Source: an uncultured Candidatus Binatia bacterium (GTDB lineage Bacteria > Desulfobacterota > Binatia > UBA9968 > JAJDTQ01). From it: 64,000 nucleotides of DNA. The position numbers and the translations under genes are program-made. Of the stretch, positions 26,837-36,616 are shown in pieces. The stretch's first letter is position 1. Every line of letters begins with the position of its first letter. The DNA is taken from contig OZ243916.1 in NCBI GenBank assembly GCA_965213675.1, forward strand, positions 1,088,001-1,152,000. Direction: 5' to 3'. The notes beneath the pieces are model-generated. The model was not told the DNA's origin. It did not search any database and was given only the letters and a program-made list of their open reading frames with translations.

Positions 26837-27706
26837 CTATGACGCAGGGGCGTCGAAGAAGGCCAGCGTGCGCACCTCGACGCTTTCGCGCGCGGGCGCG
26901 TCCGGCGGCGCGGTGGGGTCGTCAAAGGATGAGTGGGCGGTAAAGCGGGCGCGCCCGTCGGTCTCCGAGTCGAACACCTTGAACACGATGGCCTCGTTCC
27001 GCGTCATGGCGGGAAAGTAGAACCAGCGGTGCTCCGGGCTGTACTTGACCTGGTAGGTCTCGCCGATGCGGCCGGGATAGCTCCGCTGCGAAGCGATCAA
27101 CTCCTCGGCGCGCAGGCTGCGGGCATCCGCGATGGCCAACGGGTTCGTGCGCACCGGGTTCCGGGTGGGCCGCCACACCTGGATGATGGCGAAACGCCCC
27201 TGGAGCAGCCGCTCGGCCTCGTCCTCCGGCAGGAGATCGCGCACCCGCTTGGGCGCCGACCATTCCGTGTAGTCGTTATGCACCGACCGATTCGGCTCCC
27301 GCACCTTCCGTTCCGCGCGGATGCCGTCGTCCTGTGCCCGCAGGGTGTGATCGAAAATGACGACCCGGGACGCACCACTCTCGCGTTTCACCAGCGCGTC
27401 GATCTCCGCGTAGTAGACGGACCGCAGTTCGTCTTCGTTGTAGAAGTCCTTGACCTCGGTGTCGTGTCCAACCAGGACGAACCCTTCCCGTTCCAGCGAC
27501 AGGTCGCGCGCCATGGCCCGCCCGTTGCGGATGGTGGCGCGATGGGGGTCGTGCTTCCCGGTGCGCAGCACCGGTGTGCTGTTGAGCACGGCCGTGTGCG
27601 TGACGGGCTTGACACCCGTGTCCGCCGCATAGTTGAGGACCGCTTCCACCGAATCCAACGGGGTCTCCGCCGTCTCCCGGGCCTCTACCGTCTCCATTCG
27701 ACTCAT
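26837..27706 (-). CDS. CmcJ/NvfI-family oxidoreductase (often mislabelled methyltransferase)
   Basis: LEREGF, FDHTLR, VHNDYT, QVWRP, TAHSSF, RESVEVR. Confidence 0.88.
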   Translation of the reverse strand: MSRMETVEARETAETPLDSVEAVLNYAADTGVKPVTHTAVLNSTPVLRTGKHDPHRATIRNGRAMARDLSLEREGFVLVGHDTEVKDFYNEDELRSVYYAEIDALVKRESGASRVVIFDHTLRAQDDGIRAERKVREPNRSVHNDYTEWSAPKRVRDLLPEDEAERLLQGRFAIIQVWRPTRNPVRTNPLAIADARSLRAEELIASQRSYPGRIGETYQVKYSPEHRWFYFPAMTRNEAIVFKVFDSETDGRARFTAHSSFDDPTAPPDAPARESVEVRTLAFFDAPAS

Positions 27707-27799
27707 GCGCGCACCTCCAGGGTGGTGAATTTGCTGCCAACCGCGGATGCTATCAGCACCCCGCGGCTTCGACAACGGCCCCAAGCCATGAACAAGCGC

Positions 27800-27964
27800 C
27801 TAGTGTGGTCTCTGGATAATTCGCGTCATAATCTGCGGGTCTTTTTCGCCGTCGGCTGCGTTGCTCTTCCTCGCGTGGTACACGCCACTGCTCGTCATCG
27901 CGCCTTGCCGACAACAAAAAATCCTCCGCAGATTATGACCCGAATTAACCAGACACCACACTAG
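27800..27964. mobile_element. Long-hairpin MITE-like/structured element, family A copy 2
   Basis: CTAG at both ends, terminal IR, perfect 14-bp inner stem, core shared with 4133-4297. Confidence 0.8.
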
Positions 27965-28273
27965 CGTCATGCAGGGGCGACCGCCGATCGCCTTTACGTA
28001 GATCATTCCCACCTGAGCTGTCCGGTGGGGCGAGGGCGGCGTCTACGCGCCCGTTGACGGGAATCGGATGGACCCGTTCCACCTGAACCGCCCCATCACC
28101 GAACAAAGGCCAACGGGAGTCGTCCGTGCATGGACCCCATCCACAGCTCGCGGTGGAAGGACCGCAAAGACCGATGGGACTTCCTCCACGACGGTCGTAA
28201 CCCGTACGCGCGTCGACAGGCCGCGGCCCGGCCAGCCAGATCGGAATTGCCGGCGCAAGGGCCTTGGCGCGCG

Positions 28274-28302
28274 TTGACAGGCCGCGGCCCCTTGGCTAAC
28301 GT
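28274..28302 (+). promoter_or_regulatory. Sigma70-like promoter
   Basis: TTGACA-N17-TAACGT upstream of the amidohydrolase gene. Confidence 0.55.
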
Positions 28303-28388
28303 TCCGTTCGTGCATGGGGCGGACACGGCAGCCCCGGCAGAATGCGCAAGGCGCGGGCCGCGGCCGCCGCGATTGAAAGGATCCCGTC

Positions 28389-29546
28389 ATGGCACACGAG
28401 TACAACGTCATTTCGGCCGACGGCCACATCGACCTCAATCCCGACATTTGGCGCGACCGGGTGGCCGTGCCCATGCGCGAGCGCGCCCCCAGGCGCGTGA
28501 AAATGCCCAACGGCTCGGACGCCGTGGTGGTGGACGGTGGCGAGCCCAACACCATCGGCGTCACCCGAAGCGTGCGCGTCCACAAGGAGGACATGGCCAC
28601 GCAGGTGCCCACCTTCGAGACCTGCGCGGGCACCGGGCCGCCTTCGCAGCGCCTTGAGGAACAGGATCGGGACGGCATCGACGCGGAGGTGGTGTTCTCG
28701 CAGATCTCCTTCGTGCTGGAGCAGGCCAGGGACCGCGAACTCTATTGCGAACTGGTGCGCGCCTACAACGAATTCCTTGGGGAGGAATACATGGCGCCGG
28801 CGCCCGACCGGATCATTCCCATGGGCGTCATTCCCACCAGCGGCATCGAAGACGCCGTGCGGGAACTGGAACACTGCGCGAAGCTCGGCCTCAAGGGCGT
28901 CAAGCTCGACAAGTTCCCCAGCGGCCGCGGCTATCCCACGCCCGCGGACGACCGTTTCTGGGCCGCGTCTCTGGACCTGGGCGTCGCCCTCACCAATCAC
29001 AACACCGGCAACATGGGTTCCGGCAAGGGCGGCGAGCCCGCGTTTCCCTACGAACAACGGCCCGGCCCCGACGTGCATGTGAAAGAACCCATGAACTACT
29101 TTTTCCGCTTCACCAACGCGGCCATGGTGGGCGCCGTGCAGATGGCCTTCGCGGGCGTGTGGGACCGCTTCCCGACACTCAAGATGTACTGGGCCGAGAC
29201 CATGATCGGTTGGTTCGAGTACGGCCTGTGGCAGCTCGACGACCACTACCAGCGCTACATGCCCATGATCCACCAGTTCTGGGGACTGCACTATCTGGAC
29301 AGGAAACCCAGCGAATATCTGCGGGAAAACAACTACTGGGGCTTCCTGCACGATCCCATCGGCATCAAGCGGCGCGAGTGCATCGGATACGACAAACTCA
29401 TGTGGGCCACGGATTTCGCCCATGCCGCCAGCGAGTACCCCAACTCCATTCCGGTGATGGAAAAGGACTTCGAGGGCGTGCCCGCCCACGAGAAGCGCGC
29501 CATGCTGGTGGACAACTGCGTCAAGTATTTCGGGCTAAATGCGTGA
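28389..29546 (+). CDS. Amidohydrolase family 2 protein
   Basis: ISADGH, QDRDGID, DRFPTLK..AE, MWATDFAH. Confidence 0.92.
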   Translation: MAHEYNVISADGHIDLNPDIWRDRVAVPMRERAPRRVKMPNGSDAVVVDGGEPNTIGVTRSVRVHKEDMATQVPTFETCAGTGPPSQRLEEQDRDGIDAEVVFSQISFVLEQARDRELYCELVRAYNEFLGEEYMAPAPDRIIPMGVIPTSGIEDAVRELEHCAKLGLKGVKLDKFPSGRGYPTPADDRFWAASLDLGVALTNHNTGNMGSGKGGEPAFPYEQRPGPDVHVKEPMNYFFRFTNAAMVGAVQMAFAGVWDRFPTLKMYWAETMIGWFEYGLWQLDDHYQRYMPMIHQFWGLHYLDRKPSEYLRENNYWGFLHDPIGIKRRECIGYDKLMWATDFAHAASEYPNSIPVMEKDFEGVPAHEKRAMLVDNCVKYFGLNA

Positions 29547-29609
29547 ACGTCGGGCGCAACCAGTGAGATGCAGCGGGGTCCGTATCGACCGGCGCCCACG
29601 CCCGGTGGC

Positions 29610-29696
29610 GTCAATCTCGCGGAAGCGGGAATGACGATGGGCTGGCGCCTCGACTTCATGTCCATCGCCGTGGATTCCCGCTTCCGCGGGACTGAC
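29610..29696. repeat. Inverted pair of REP palindromes (CCCGCGGAAGCGGGAAT family)
   Basis: Two degenerate inverted units. Confidence 0.75.
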
Positions 29697-29728
29697 GGGT
29701 GTGGGGTCAGAGGCATAAAGGACCTGCC

Positions 29729-30763
29729 GTGAACGATGTCGGCACCACTCACGAGGACCTGGAGCAATACCTGGCCGCCCACCACTTGGTGGGGGCGGGC
29801 CTGCGGCGCGAGGGCATGGCGCCGCCGCGCACCAGCGTCACCGGCGCCCACTGGCGCTGGGAAGGCATCCGCAAGGGGCTCATGCGCTCCGGCGAGATCG
29901 TCACCGTGGGACCCGACGGCATGACCGGCATGCGCTCGGTCACGGGCATCGAAGCCACCCGATTTCCCATCTGGATGAACGTGCAGATCCTCATGCCCGG
30001 CGAACGCACCCAGGGACACCGCAATACCCGCAGCGAGACGCGGCTGGTGTGCGAGGCGCCCAAGGAGGCCGCGTTCGTATGCGAGCACGAGGCGTTCCCC
30101 ATGGAGCGGGGCGACGTGATCATCAGCCCGTCCTGGACCTACCACGACCACTGGAACCAGGGCGCCACTCCCGCCCTCTACGTCGACGGCTACGACAACG
30201 GCTACAACGGCGGCGTGAACCTGAACGAGCGGCTGCCGGTGGACAACCCCTACCAGGAGATCCGCAAGCCCGCGGGCTACGGCGCGCGCACCCGCGGCCT
30301 CGCCCGGCCCATGGCCGGCGGACGGCCCTTTCCGCTGCCGCCCATGCGCTATCCCTGGGCCGAGACCCGCGCCTGCCTGAGCGCCCTCCAGGAAGCCGGC
30401 GAGGAAGACCCGTGCGAGGGCGCGCACCTGATGCTCGCGAGCCCTGTGGACGGCGGCTCCACGCTCCCCACCCTCGCGTGGCACGGGCAGCTCCTGCGGC
30501 CCGGCCAGACCACCCGGAGCCACCGCCACAACAGCAACACCTTCTACCACGCCTTCGAAGGAGCCGGCGCCGTGGTCATCGAGGGCGAGCGGCTGGAGTG
30601 GAACCAGGGGGACATCTTCGCGGTGCCGGCGTGGTCGTGGCATCATCACGAGAACGGCCCGGATGGCGAAACCATCCTGTTCTCCATCGATGACTGGCCC
30701 GCGCAGACCAAACTCGGCTTCTACATGAAGGAGACCGCGCCGGCCGGTCGCCAGGACGGGTAG
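29729..30763 (+). CDS. Gentisate 1,2-dioxygenase-like bicupin (divergent)
   Basis: HRNTRSE..PSWTYHDH; HRH..AWSWHHH; AAGGA before GTG start. Confidence 0.85.
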   Translation: MNDVGTTHEDLEQYLAAHHLVGAGLRREGMAPPRTSVTGAHWRWEGIRKGLMRSGEIVTVGPDGMTGMRSVTGIEATRFPIWMNVQILMPGERTQGHRNTRSETRLVCEAPKEAAFVCEHEAFPMERGDVIISPSWTYHDHWNQGATPALYVDGYDNGYNGGVNLNERLPVDNPYQEIRKPAGYGARTRGLARPMAGGRPFPLPPMRYPWAETRACLSALQEAGEEDPCEGAHLMLASPVDGGSTLPTLAWHGQLLRPGQTTRSHRHNSNTFYHAFEGAGAVVIEGERLEWNQGDIFAVPAWSWHHHENGPDGETILFSIDDWPAQTKLGFYMKETAPAGRQDG

Positions 30764-30865
30764 ACGGCACCGCCCGGGCAAACGAAACCCCAAGGTTGCA
30801 GAAGCTGGAAGCAAGGAGAGGACCGGGAGGCAAGTGGGATGGGATTTGCAAGGAGCGGGTTGTTG

Positions 30866-30926
30866 GGGAATGACGCTTCGTAGGCCGTGTTTCGAATCGC
30901 TCTCCACGAACTTTCTTGCAACATTG
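30866..30926 (+). repeat. 61-bp dispersed repeat (REP tail plus extension)
   Basis: Matches reverse complement of 21761-21821. Confidence 0.75.
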
Positions 30927-30988
30927 GGGGAAACACATCCGCGACGGCGCCGAAACAGGCAACACGAAACAGGAAAGGTGGACGACCC

Positions 30989-31942
30989 ATGGCGAACCCC
31001 AAGCTCCGTCTCGGCTTCCGCGAACCGGAGGTGGACACCAACCGGCCCTTTGTCGACGGCACCGTTCGGGTGGAGGGCTTCGATCTGGAGATCAGCGACT
31101 TCCACGGCGCGGAAACCATCGATGCCTGGGACGCGAGCTTCGGCGGCCTCATGCGCACCAAGGGCAAGGGCAACCACCCCTACGTCTCGATCCCCGCCTA
31201 CCCCAACCGCAAGTTCCGCATCGCCTACATCTTCGTAAGCACCGCCTCCGGCATCGACGGCCCCAGGGACCTGGAAGGGAAACGCGTATACGTGAGCAGC
31301 ACCGCCGGCGTGTGGGCGCGCGGCGCGCTGCAGAATTACTACGGCGTGGACCTGGCCCGCGTCCGCTGGTGCATGCCCCATCCCGAGGCCGCAAGCTGGG
31401 GGGAAGGCGTCGAGGTGGAGCCCCTGCCGCACATCTCCGGGCCGGAGCCCGGGCCGCTGGACGAACTGTTGCTGTCCGGCCAGGTGGACGCAGTCATCGA
31501 GCCCAACGTGCTGCCGTCGATCAGCCGCCGTGACCCGCGCGTCCGGCGCCTGTTCCCGGACTACAAGAACGAGGAACTGAACTACTACAAGGCCACCGGG
31601 ATCTTCCCCGTCAGCCACATGGTGACCCTCAAGCAGGACTTCGTGGACCATTACCCGCACGCGCCGGTGGCGCTCCTCAAGGCGTACCGCCAAGCGCGCG
31701 ACGTAGCCATGGACCGGCTCTACGGCACCGACCCCGAAGTTCTCATCACCTCGTGGGTCGCCGCGGCCATCGACGAGCAGCGCGCCGTCATGGGCGAGAA
31801 CTACTGGTCCTACAACATCCAGGACAACGTCACCTCACTGGAGGCCATGATGACCTTCGCACACCAGTTCGGCCTGACGCAGGAGAAGCTCGACTACCAG
31901 GACTTCTTCCATCCGGAGGCAGCGGCGCTGGAGGGAGTTTAG
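30989..31942 (+). CDS. OphC/Pht5-like protein, SBP fold
   Basis: IPAYPNRKFR, TAGVWARGAL, TGIFPVSH; no signal peptide. Confidence 0.82.
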   Translation: MANPKLRLGFREPEVDTNRPFVDGTVRVEGFDLEISDFHGAETIDAWDASFGGLMRTKGKGNHPYVSIPAYPNRKFRIAYIFVSTASGIDGPRDLEGKRVYVSSTAGVWARGALQNYYGVDLARVRWCMPHPEAASWGEGVEVEPLPHISGPEPGPLDELLLSGQVDAVIEPNVLPSISRRDPRVRRLFPDYKNEELNYYKATGIFPVSHMVTLKQDFVDHYPHAPVALLKAYRQARDVAMDRLYGTDPEVLITSWVAAAIDEQRAVMGENYWSYNIQDNVTSLEAMMTFAHQFGLTQEKLDYQDFFHPEAAALEGV

Positions 31943-31957
31943 TCTCCCCCGCACGCC

Positions 31958-32074
31958 CCCCGATTCGTCATTCCCGCGGAAGCGGGAATCCAGGGGCGGT
32001 GGTGGGGCGCTACAAGGGCGTTGCCCCGCCTCGCACCCCTGGATTCCCGCTTCCGCGGGAATGACGAATCGGGG
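31958..32074. repeat. Inverted REP doublet (REPIN/BIME-like)
   Basis: CCCCGATTCGTCATTCCCGCGGAAGCGGGAATCCAGGGG and its exact reverse complement around a short spacer. Confidence 0.9.
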
Positions 32075-32147
32075 CGGGCCTCACCGGTTTTAACACAGCC
32101 TGTTTCGCGGGAACGATCCAGAGAGTAAGAGACACAAGGAGACCATC

Positions 32148-33206
32148 ATGAGTGAAGCGGTCAACACGGACAATCCGCGGCTCGACGAGCTGCACCGAAT
32201 CATGGCCGAGAACTCCCTGGCGGGGCACTGGCAGCCGCGCCAACCCTCACCGGAACTGCGTCCGCATCTTTGGCGCTGGCCGGTGATCTACTCCTGCCTC
32301 ATGGAGTCCGGCGAAGTCGTGAAGCTGGGGCACATCGACGAGGCCGCCAAGCGCCGCACCGTGCAACTGGTGAACCCCGGGCTCACCGCGTTCAAGTCCA
32401 CCACCCGCACCATCCAGATGTCCATACAACTCGTGAAGCCCGGGGAGCGCGCCGAGTGCCACCGCCACACGGCCGCGGCCCTGCGCTTCGTCGTCGAAGG
32501 CGACGGCGCCGGCTACACCACGGTGGAAGGCGAGGAGATGCACATGGAGCCCGGCGACCTGGTGCTGACCCCGAGCTGGACCTGGCACGACCACTACAAC
32601 CAGAGCGAACGCAACATCGTCTGGCTCGACGTCCTCGACGTGCACCTCATGAATCACCTGGACGCCAACTTCCACGAGAACTACGGCGAAGGCCCGGCCC
32701 AGCCGGTCACCAGACCCGAAGGCTACAGCCGCCAGCGCCTCGGCACCGTGCGGCCCCTCACCGAAAGCCCCGGCAACCGCGCCCTCCCCTACACCTACAA
32801 ATGGCGCGACACCCTCCCAGTCCTCGAGGAACTGGCCGCGTCCGCCGGCGGCGACCCCCACGACGGCATCCTCCTGCAATACGCCAACCCCGTCACCGGC
32901 GGCCCCACCATGCCCACCATCGATTGCCGAGTGCAGTGGCTCCACCCCGGCGAATCAACCCGCCCCCACCGCCACACCAGCAGCACCATCTACCACGTGA
33001 TGCAAGGCGCGGGGTCCACCGTGGCGAGCCGCGACAAGGACAACGGTACCCCCATGGCCTGGACCGAACAGGACTGCTTCGTGATCCCCTCGTGGCACTG
33101 GCACCACTTCCGCAACGACTCCCGTACCGAGCCCGCGATCCTGTTCTCCGTCACCGACCGCCCGGTACTGGAAAGCCTGAACCTCTACAGCGAGGAGGAT
33201 GCGTAA
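32148..33206 (+). CDS. Gentisate 1,2-dioxygenase-like bicupin
   Basis: HRHTAAALRF..PSWTWHDH, YANPVTGGPTMPT; AAGGAG RBS. Confidence 0.92.
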   Translation: MSEAVNTDNPRLDELHRIMAENSLAGHWQPRQPSPELRPHLWRWPVIYSCLMESGEVVKLGHIDEAAKRRTVQLVNPGLTAFKSTTRTIQMSIQLVKPGERAECHRHTAAALRFVVEGDGAGYTTVEGEEMHMEPGDLVLTPSWTWHDHYNQSERNIVWLDVLDVHLMNHLDANFHENYGEGPAQPVTRPEGYSRQRLGTVRPLTESPGNRALPYTYKWRDTLPVLEELAASAGGDPHDGILLQYANPVTGGPTMPTIDCRVQWLHPGESTRPHRHTSSTIYHVMQGAGSTVASRDKDNGTPMAWTEQDCFVIPSWHWHHFRNDSRTEPAILFSVTDRPVLESLNLYSEEDA

Positions 33207-33224
33207 CGCGAACCACAACGGGGA

Positions 33225-33365
33225 GAGCCGGGCGGGGGGCGTCCCTGAAATCTGTTGACGGCGGGCGGACGTGACAACGATCACCGACACCATCCGCGCG
33301 AGGCAGTTCGTCACGAACCCGGCACCCACCGTCTTCAGATTTCAGGGACGCCCTCCGCCCGGCTC
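33225..33365. repeat. Long-hairpin element, family C
   Basis: GGGCGTCCCTGAAATCTG / CAGATTTCAGGGACGCCC plus outer and inner stems. Confidence 0.7.
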
Positions 33366-33461
33366 GGGAACAAGCACCCCGCATGGAAGCTCGCCTCGTA
33401 TGGATCTCGGTAACCAGTCGCCCCGTAAAAGATCTCGCAAGCCCGCGCACGGCATCCCCTC

Positions 33462-34949
33462 ATGCTTGACGCCATAGGCCAGGCCAGCCTCCAAATCCTG
33501 GACCCGGTCCACCTCCTCATGCTGTTGGCCGGGACCTTCCTAGGCCTCATGCTAGGGGTCATTCCCGGCATCGGCGGAGTCACCGGCCTGGCGCTGCTGC
33601 TCCCCTTCACCTTCGACATGGACGCCGTCTCCGCCTTCGCCTTCATCATCGGCATGCTGGCGGTCACCACCACCTCCGACACCATCCCCTCGGTGCTCTT
33701 CGCCGTCCCCGGCACCGTGGGCTCCCAGGCCACCATCATCGACGGCCACGCCATGGCCAAGCGCGGCGAGGCCGGCCGCGCCTTCGGCGCCGCCTTCACC
33801 GTGTCCGCCATGGGCGGCATCTTCGGCGCCCTGCTGCTGACCCTGTCCATTCCCATCCTGAGCCCCCTGGTCCTCACCTTCGGCTCTCCCGAGTTCTTCA
33901 TGATGGCCGTGCTGGGCGTGTGCATGGTGGCGAGCCTCAGCGGTTCGGCGCTGATGAAGGGTGTCATCGCCGGCGGGGCCGGCCTGCTCCTCGCCACCGT
34001 GGGCACCGATCCAATGCTGAGCGTCGAACGCTGGACCTTCGACCAGGTCTACCTGTGGGAAGGCTTCCACGTGGTGCCCATCTCTCTCGGCCTGTTCGGT
34101 CTCGCCGAGGTCACCGACCTCCTGGTTTCGGGCAAGAGCATCGACTCCGGCGCCCTGGGCCGTCTCAAGGGCCGCTGGGAAGGAGTCCGCGACGCCTTCC
34201 GGCACTGGTGGCTGGTGATCCGCTCCGCCACCCTGGGCGTGTGGATCGGCATCATCCCGGGCCTCGGCACCCTGGTGGTGGACTGGTTCGCCTACGGCCA
34301 CGCCCTGCACACCGAGAAGAACGCCGACAACTTCGGCAAGGGCGACGTGCGCGGCGTCATCGCGCCCGAGAGCGCCAACAACGCCAAGGACGGCGGCGGC
34401 CTGATCCCCACCCTGGCCTTCGGCATCCCCGGCAGCACCAGCATGGCCCTGTTCCTGGGCGCCATGGAGATCCAGGGTCTCACCCCCGGCCCGGAGATGC
34501 TGAACCAGCACCTCGACGTCATCTTCACCATCTCCTGGAGCCTGGCCCTGGCCAACATCATCGGCACCGGCACCTGTTTCCTGTTCACCGACCCGTTGGC
34601 GCGCATCGCCACCATCCGCGCCCAGCTTCTGGCGCCGGTGCTGCTGGTAATCATGTTCCTGGGCGCGTTCATGGCGCGGCGCCACATCGCCGACATCGTG
34701 CTGTTCCTGTTCTTCGGACTGCTGGGCTGGACCATGAAGCGGCAGGGCTGGCCGCGGCCGCCCCTCATCATCGGCTTCGTGCTCGGCTCCACCGTGGAGA
34801 AGTACCTCTACATCTCGATCCTGACCTACGGATGGGCCTGGATGGCGCGCCCCTGGGTGATCGTGCTGGCCCTGCTCATCGTCGCCACGCTGACCGCGCC
34901 GGCGATCCGGCAGTACCGCGACCGGGCCGCCGCCCGCGCCAACCCCTGA
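33462..34949 (+). CDS. tctA: Tripartite tricarboxylate transporter large permease
   Basis: GVIPGIG, DGHAMAKRGEAG, GVIAPESANNA, FGIPGS. Confidence 0.95.
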   Translation: MLDAIGQASLQILDPVHLLMLLAGTFLGLMLGVIPGIGGVTGLALLLPFTFDMDAVSAFAFIIGMLAVTTTSDTIPSVLFAVPGTVGSQATIIDGHAMAKRGEAGRAFGAAFTVSAMGGIFGALLLTLSIPILSPLVLTFGSPEFFMMAVLGVCMVASLSGSALMKGVIAGGAGLLLATVGTDPMLSVERWTFDQVYLWEGFHVVPISLGLFGLAEVTDLLVSGKSIDSGALGRLKGRWEGVRDAFRHWWLVIRSATLGVWIGIIPGLGTLVVDWFAYGHALHTEKNADNFGKGDVRGVIAPESANNAKDGGGLIPTLAFGIPGSTSMALFLGAMEIQGLTPGPEMLNQHLDVIFTISWSLALANIIGTGTCFLFTDPLARIATIRAQLLAPVLLVIMFLGAFMARRHIADIVLFLFFGLLGWTMKRQGWPRPPLIIGFVLGSTVEKYLYISILTYGWAWMARPWVIVLALLIVATLTAPAIRQYRDRAAARANP

Positions 34950-34954
34950 CCTCC

Positions 34955-35458
34955 ATGCAAAAGGCCGTCTCCCTGCTGTTCGACGCGTTCTTCCTGGTGC
35001 TTCTGGCCGCGGCCGTGGCCACGGCTTGGCAATGGCCCTTCGCCACCAAACTCTTTCCGCTGACCATCGCCATTCCGGTGCTCGTGGTCGCCGCCGCGCA
35101 GTTCACCAAGGACGCATTTTTCAAGGGCAGCGCGGACGAGGACGAGGAGCCGCGCGAACGCATCCGCGACATCGAGGTGGACCGCTCCGTGCCCACCCGT
35201 GTCGTGGTGCAGCGGGCGGGAACCTTCTATCTGTGCGCCCTGGGCTTCCTGGCGGCGATCCTGCTCATCGGCTTCAAACTGTCGGTGCCGCTTTTCATGG
35301 TGTTCTATTTCCGGCGCTTCAGCCGCGCGGGATGGACCGTCACACTAGTCCTGACAGGGCTCTTGACGGGATTGGTGCTCGGCCTGTTCGACGCCGTCCT
35401 CCACGTCGGATGGCCGGACAATCTGCTCGACCATGTGCTCGGTCGATGGGCCGCATGA
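34955..35458 (+). CDS. tctB: Tripartite tricarboxylate transporter small subunit
   Basis: ATG 34955; 4-5 TM segments, LFP motif; lies between tctA and tctC. Confidence 0.82.
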   Translation: MQKAVSLLFDAFFLVLLAAAVATAWQWPFATKLFPLTIAIPVLVVAAAQFTKDAFFKGSADEDEEPRERIRDIEVDRSVPTRVVVQRAGTFYLCALGFLAAILLIGFKLSVPLFMVFYFRRFSRAGWTVTLVLTGLLTGLVLGLFDAVLHVGWPDNLLDHVLGRWAA

Positions 35459-35589
35459 GATGGCGTCCTTCGACCGACCCAGAACCGCGGCCCTTTGTTG
35501 ACATTTCTCGCGACCCGCGCGAATAGGAAGGAACAGATCAGATCGTGACACTGCTGAAACCAACCATCGAACGAACCGGGAGGGTTCCC

Positions 35590-36585
35590 ATGAAGACGAA
35601 ATCGACCTGGACATGGCTGACCTTGATTTTAGCCTGCGTCGGGCTCTTCGCCGCCCAGGCAGGCGCGGCGGACAACGCCGCGGACTTCTTCAAGGGCAAG
35701 CGCATGACGATGCTCGTGCAGTACTCGCCCGGCGGCACCTTCGACATTCGCGCCCGCTGGATGGCGCGGCACCTGCCCGCGGTCACCGGCGCCAAGACCA
35801 TCGTGCGCAACCTGCCGGGCGGCGGCGGGGTCGCCGGCTACAACAGACTGTTCCGGCTGCCGCCGGATGGCCTGACGCTGCTCACGGCGCACACCAAACT
35901 GGTGGCCTTCGACCTGTTCGGCCGCAAAGGAGTAAAGTACGACTACGACAAGTTCGGTTATCTGGGGCGGGTCATCCGCACCAACACCGCCCTGCTGGTG
36001 CACAAGGATCTGCCGTCGGACATCGAGGGACTGCGCAAGCTGAAGCGCATCCGCATCGGCGCCTCCTCCCCCTTCAACGAGGGAATGATCGCCGAGATGT
36101 TCGACCTGCCCATCACCATCGTGCCGGGCTACGGCGGCTCCTCGGAGCGCATGGCGGCGATTGCGCGCGGAGAGCTCGACGCCACCACCGCTTCCATATC
36201 CACGGGGCTGAGATTCAAGGACCGGGTCAACATCGCGTTCGCCTTCGTCAAGGACAAACGCGCGCCGGACGTGCCCTCGCTGGCGGACCTGGGCGCGAAG
36301 GAGCCGTGGCGCAGCTACGCCCTGTCTTTCTCGGACATCTTCGGTACGGTGGTCGCCTCCCCCGGCGTGCCCGAGGCCCGGCAGCAATTCCTGAGCGCCG
36401 CGCTCAAGAAGATCACGGGACTGGAGAAGGCGCAGAAGGAAGCCGCCAAGATGAAGCTCGTGGTGGAGTGGACGGGGCCCGATGATCTCAAGAAGACGCT
36501 GAAACCGTTCCTGGACCTCAACGCCGAGACCACCAAGCAGCTCAAGCATGTCATCGAGCGGAAATACGTGGGCAAGCTGAAGTAG
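35590..36585 (+). CDS. tctC: Tripartite tricarboxylate transporter substrate-binding protein
   Basis: Signal peptide, YSPGGTFD, NLPGGGG, PDG, GYGGS..GELD. Confidence 0.9.
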   Translation: MKTKSTWTWLTLILACVGLFAAQAGAADNAADFFKGKRMTMLVQYSPGGTFDIRARWMARHLPAVTGAKTIVRNLPGGGGVAGYNRLFRLPPDGLTLLTAHTKLVAFDLFGRKGVKYDYDKFGYLGRVIRTNTALLVHKDLPSDIEGLRKLKRIRIGASSPFNEGMIAEMFDLPITIVPGYGGSSERMAAIARGELDATTASISTGLRFKDRVNIAFAFVKDKRAPDVPSLADLGAKEPWRSYALSFSDIFGTVVASPGVPEARQQFLSAALKKITGLEKAQKEAAKMKLVVEWTGPDDLKKTLKPFLDLNAETTKQLKHVIERKYVGKLK

Positions 36586-36616
36586 GGGCGGGGCTCGCAA
36601 CATTCGGAGCAGAACC

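Noticed and set aside
28043-28260. Possible gene remnant in the divergent spacer
   Set aside because: No frame gave a recognisable protein motif
31958-32074. CRISPR repeat-spacer unit
   Set aside because: Only two units, inverted rather than direct, and no cas genes
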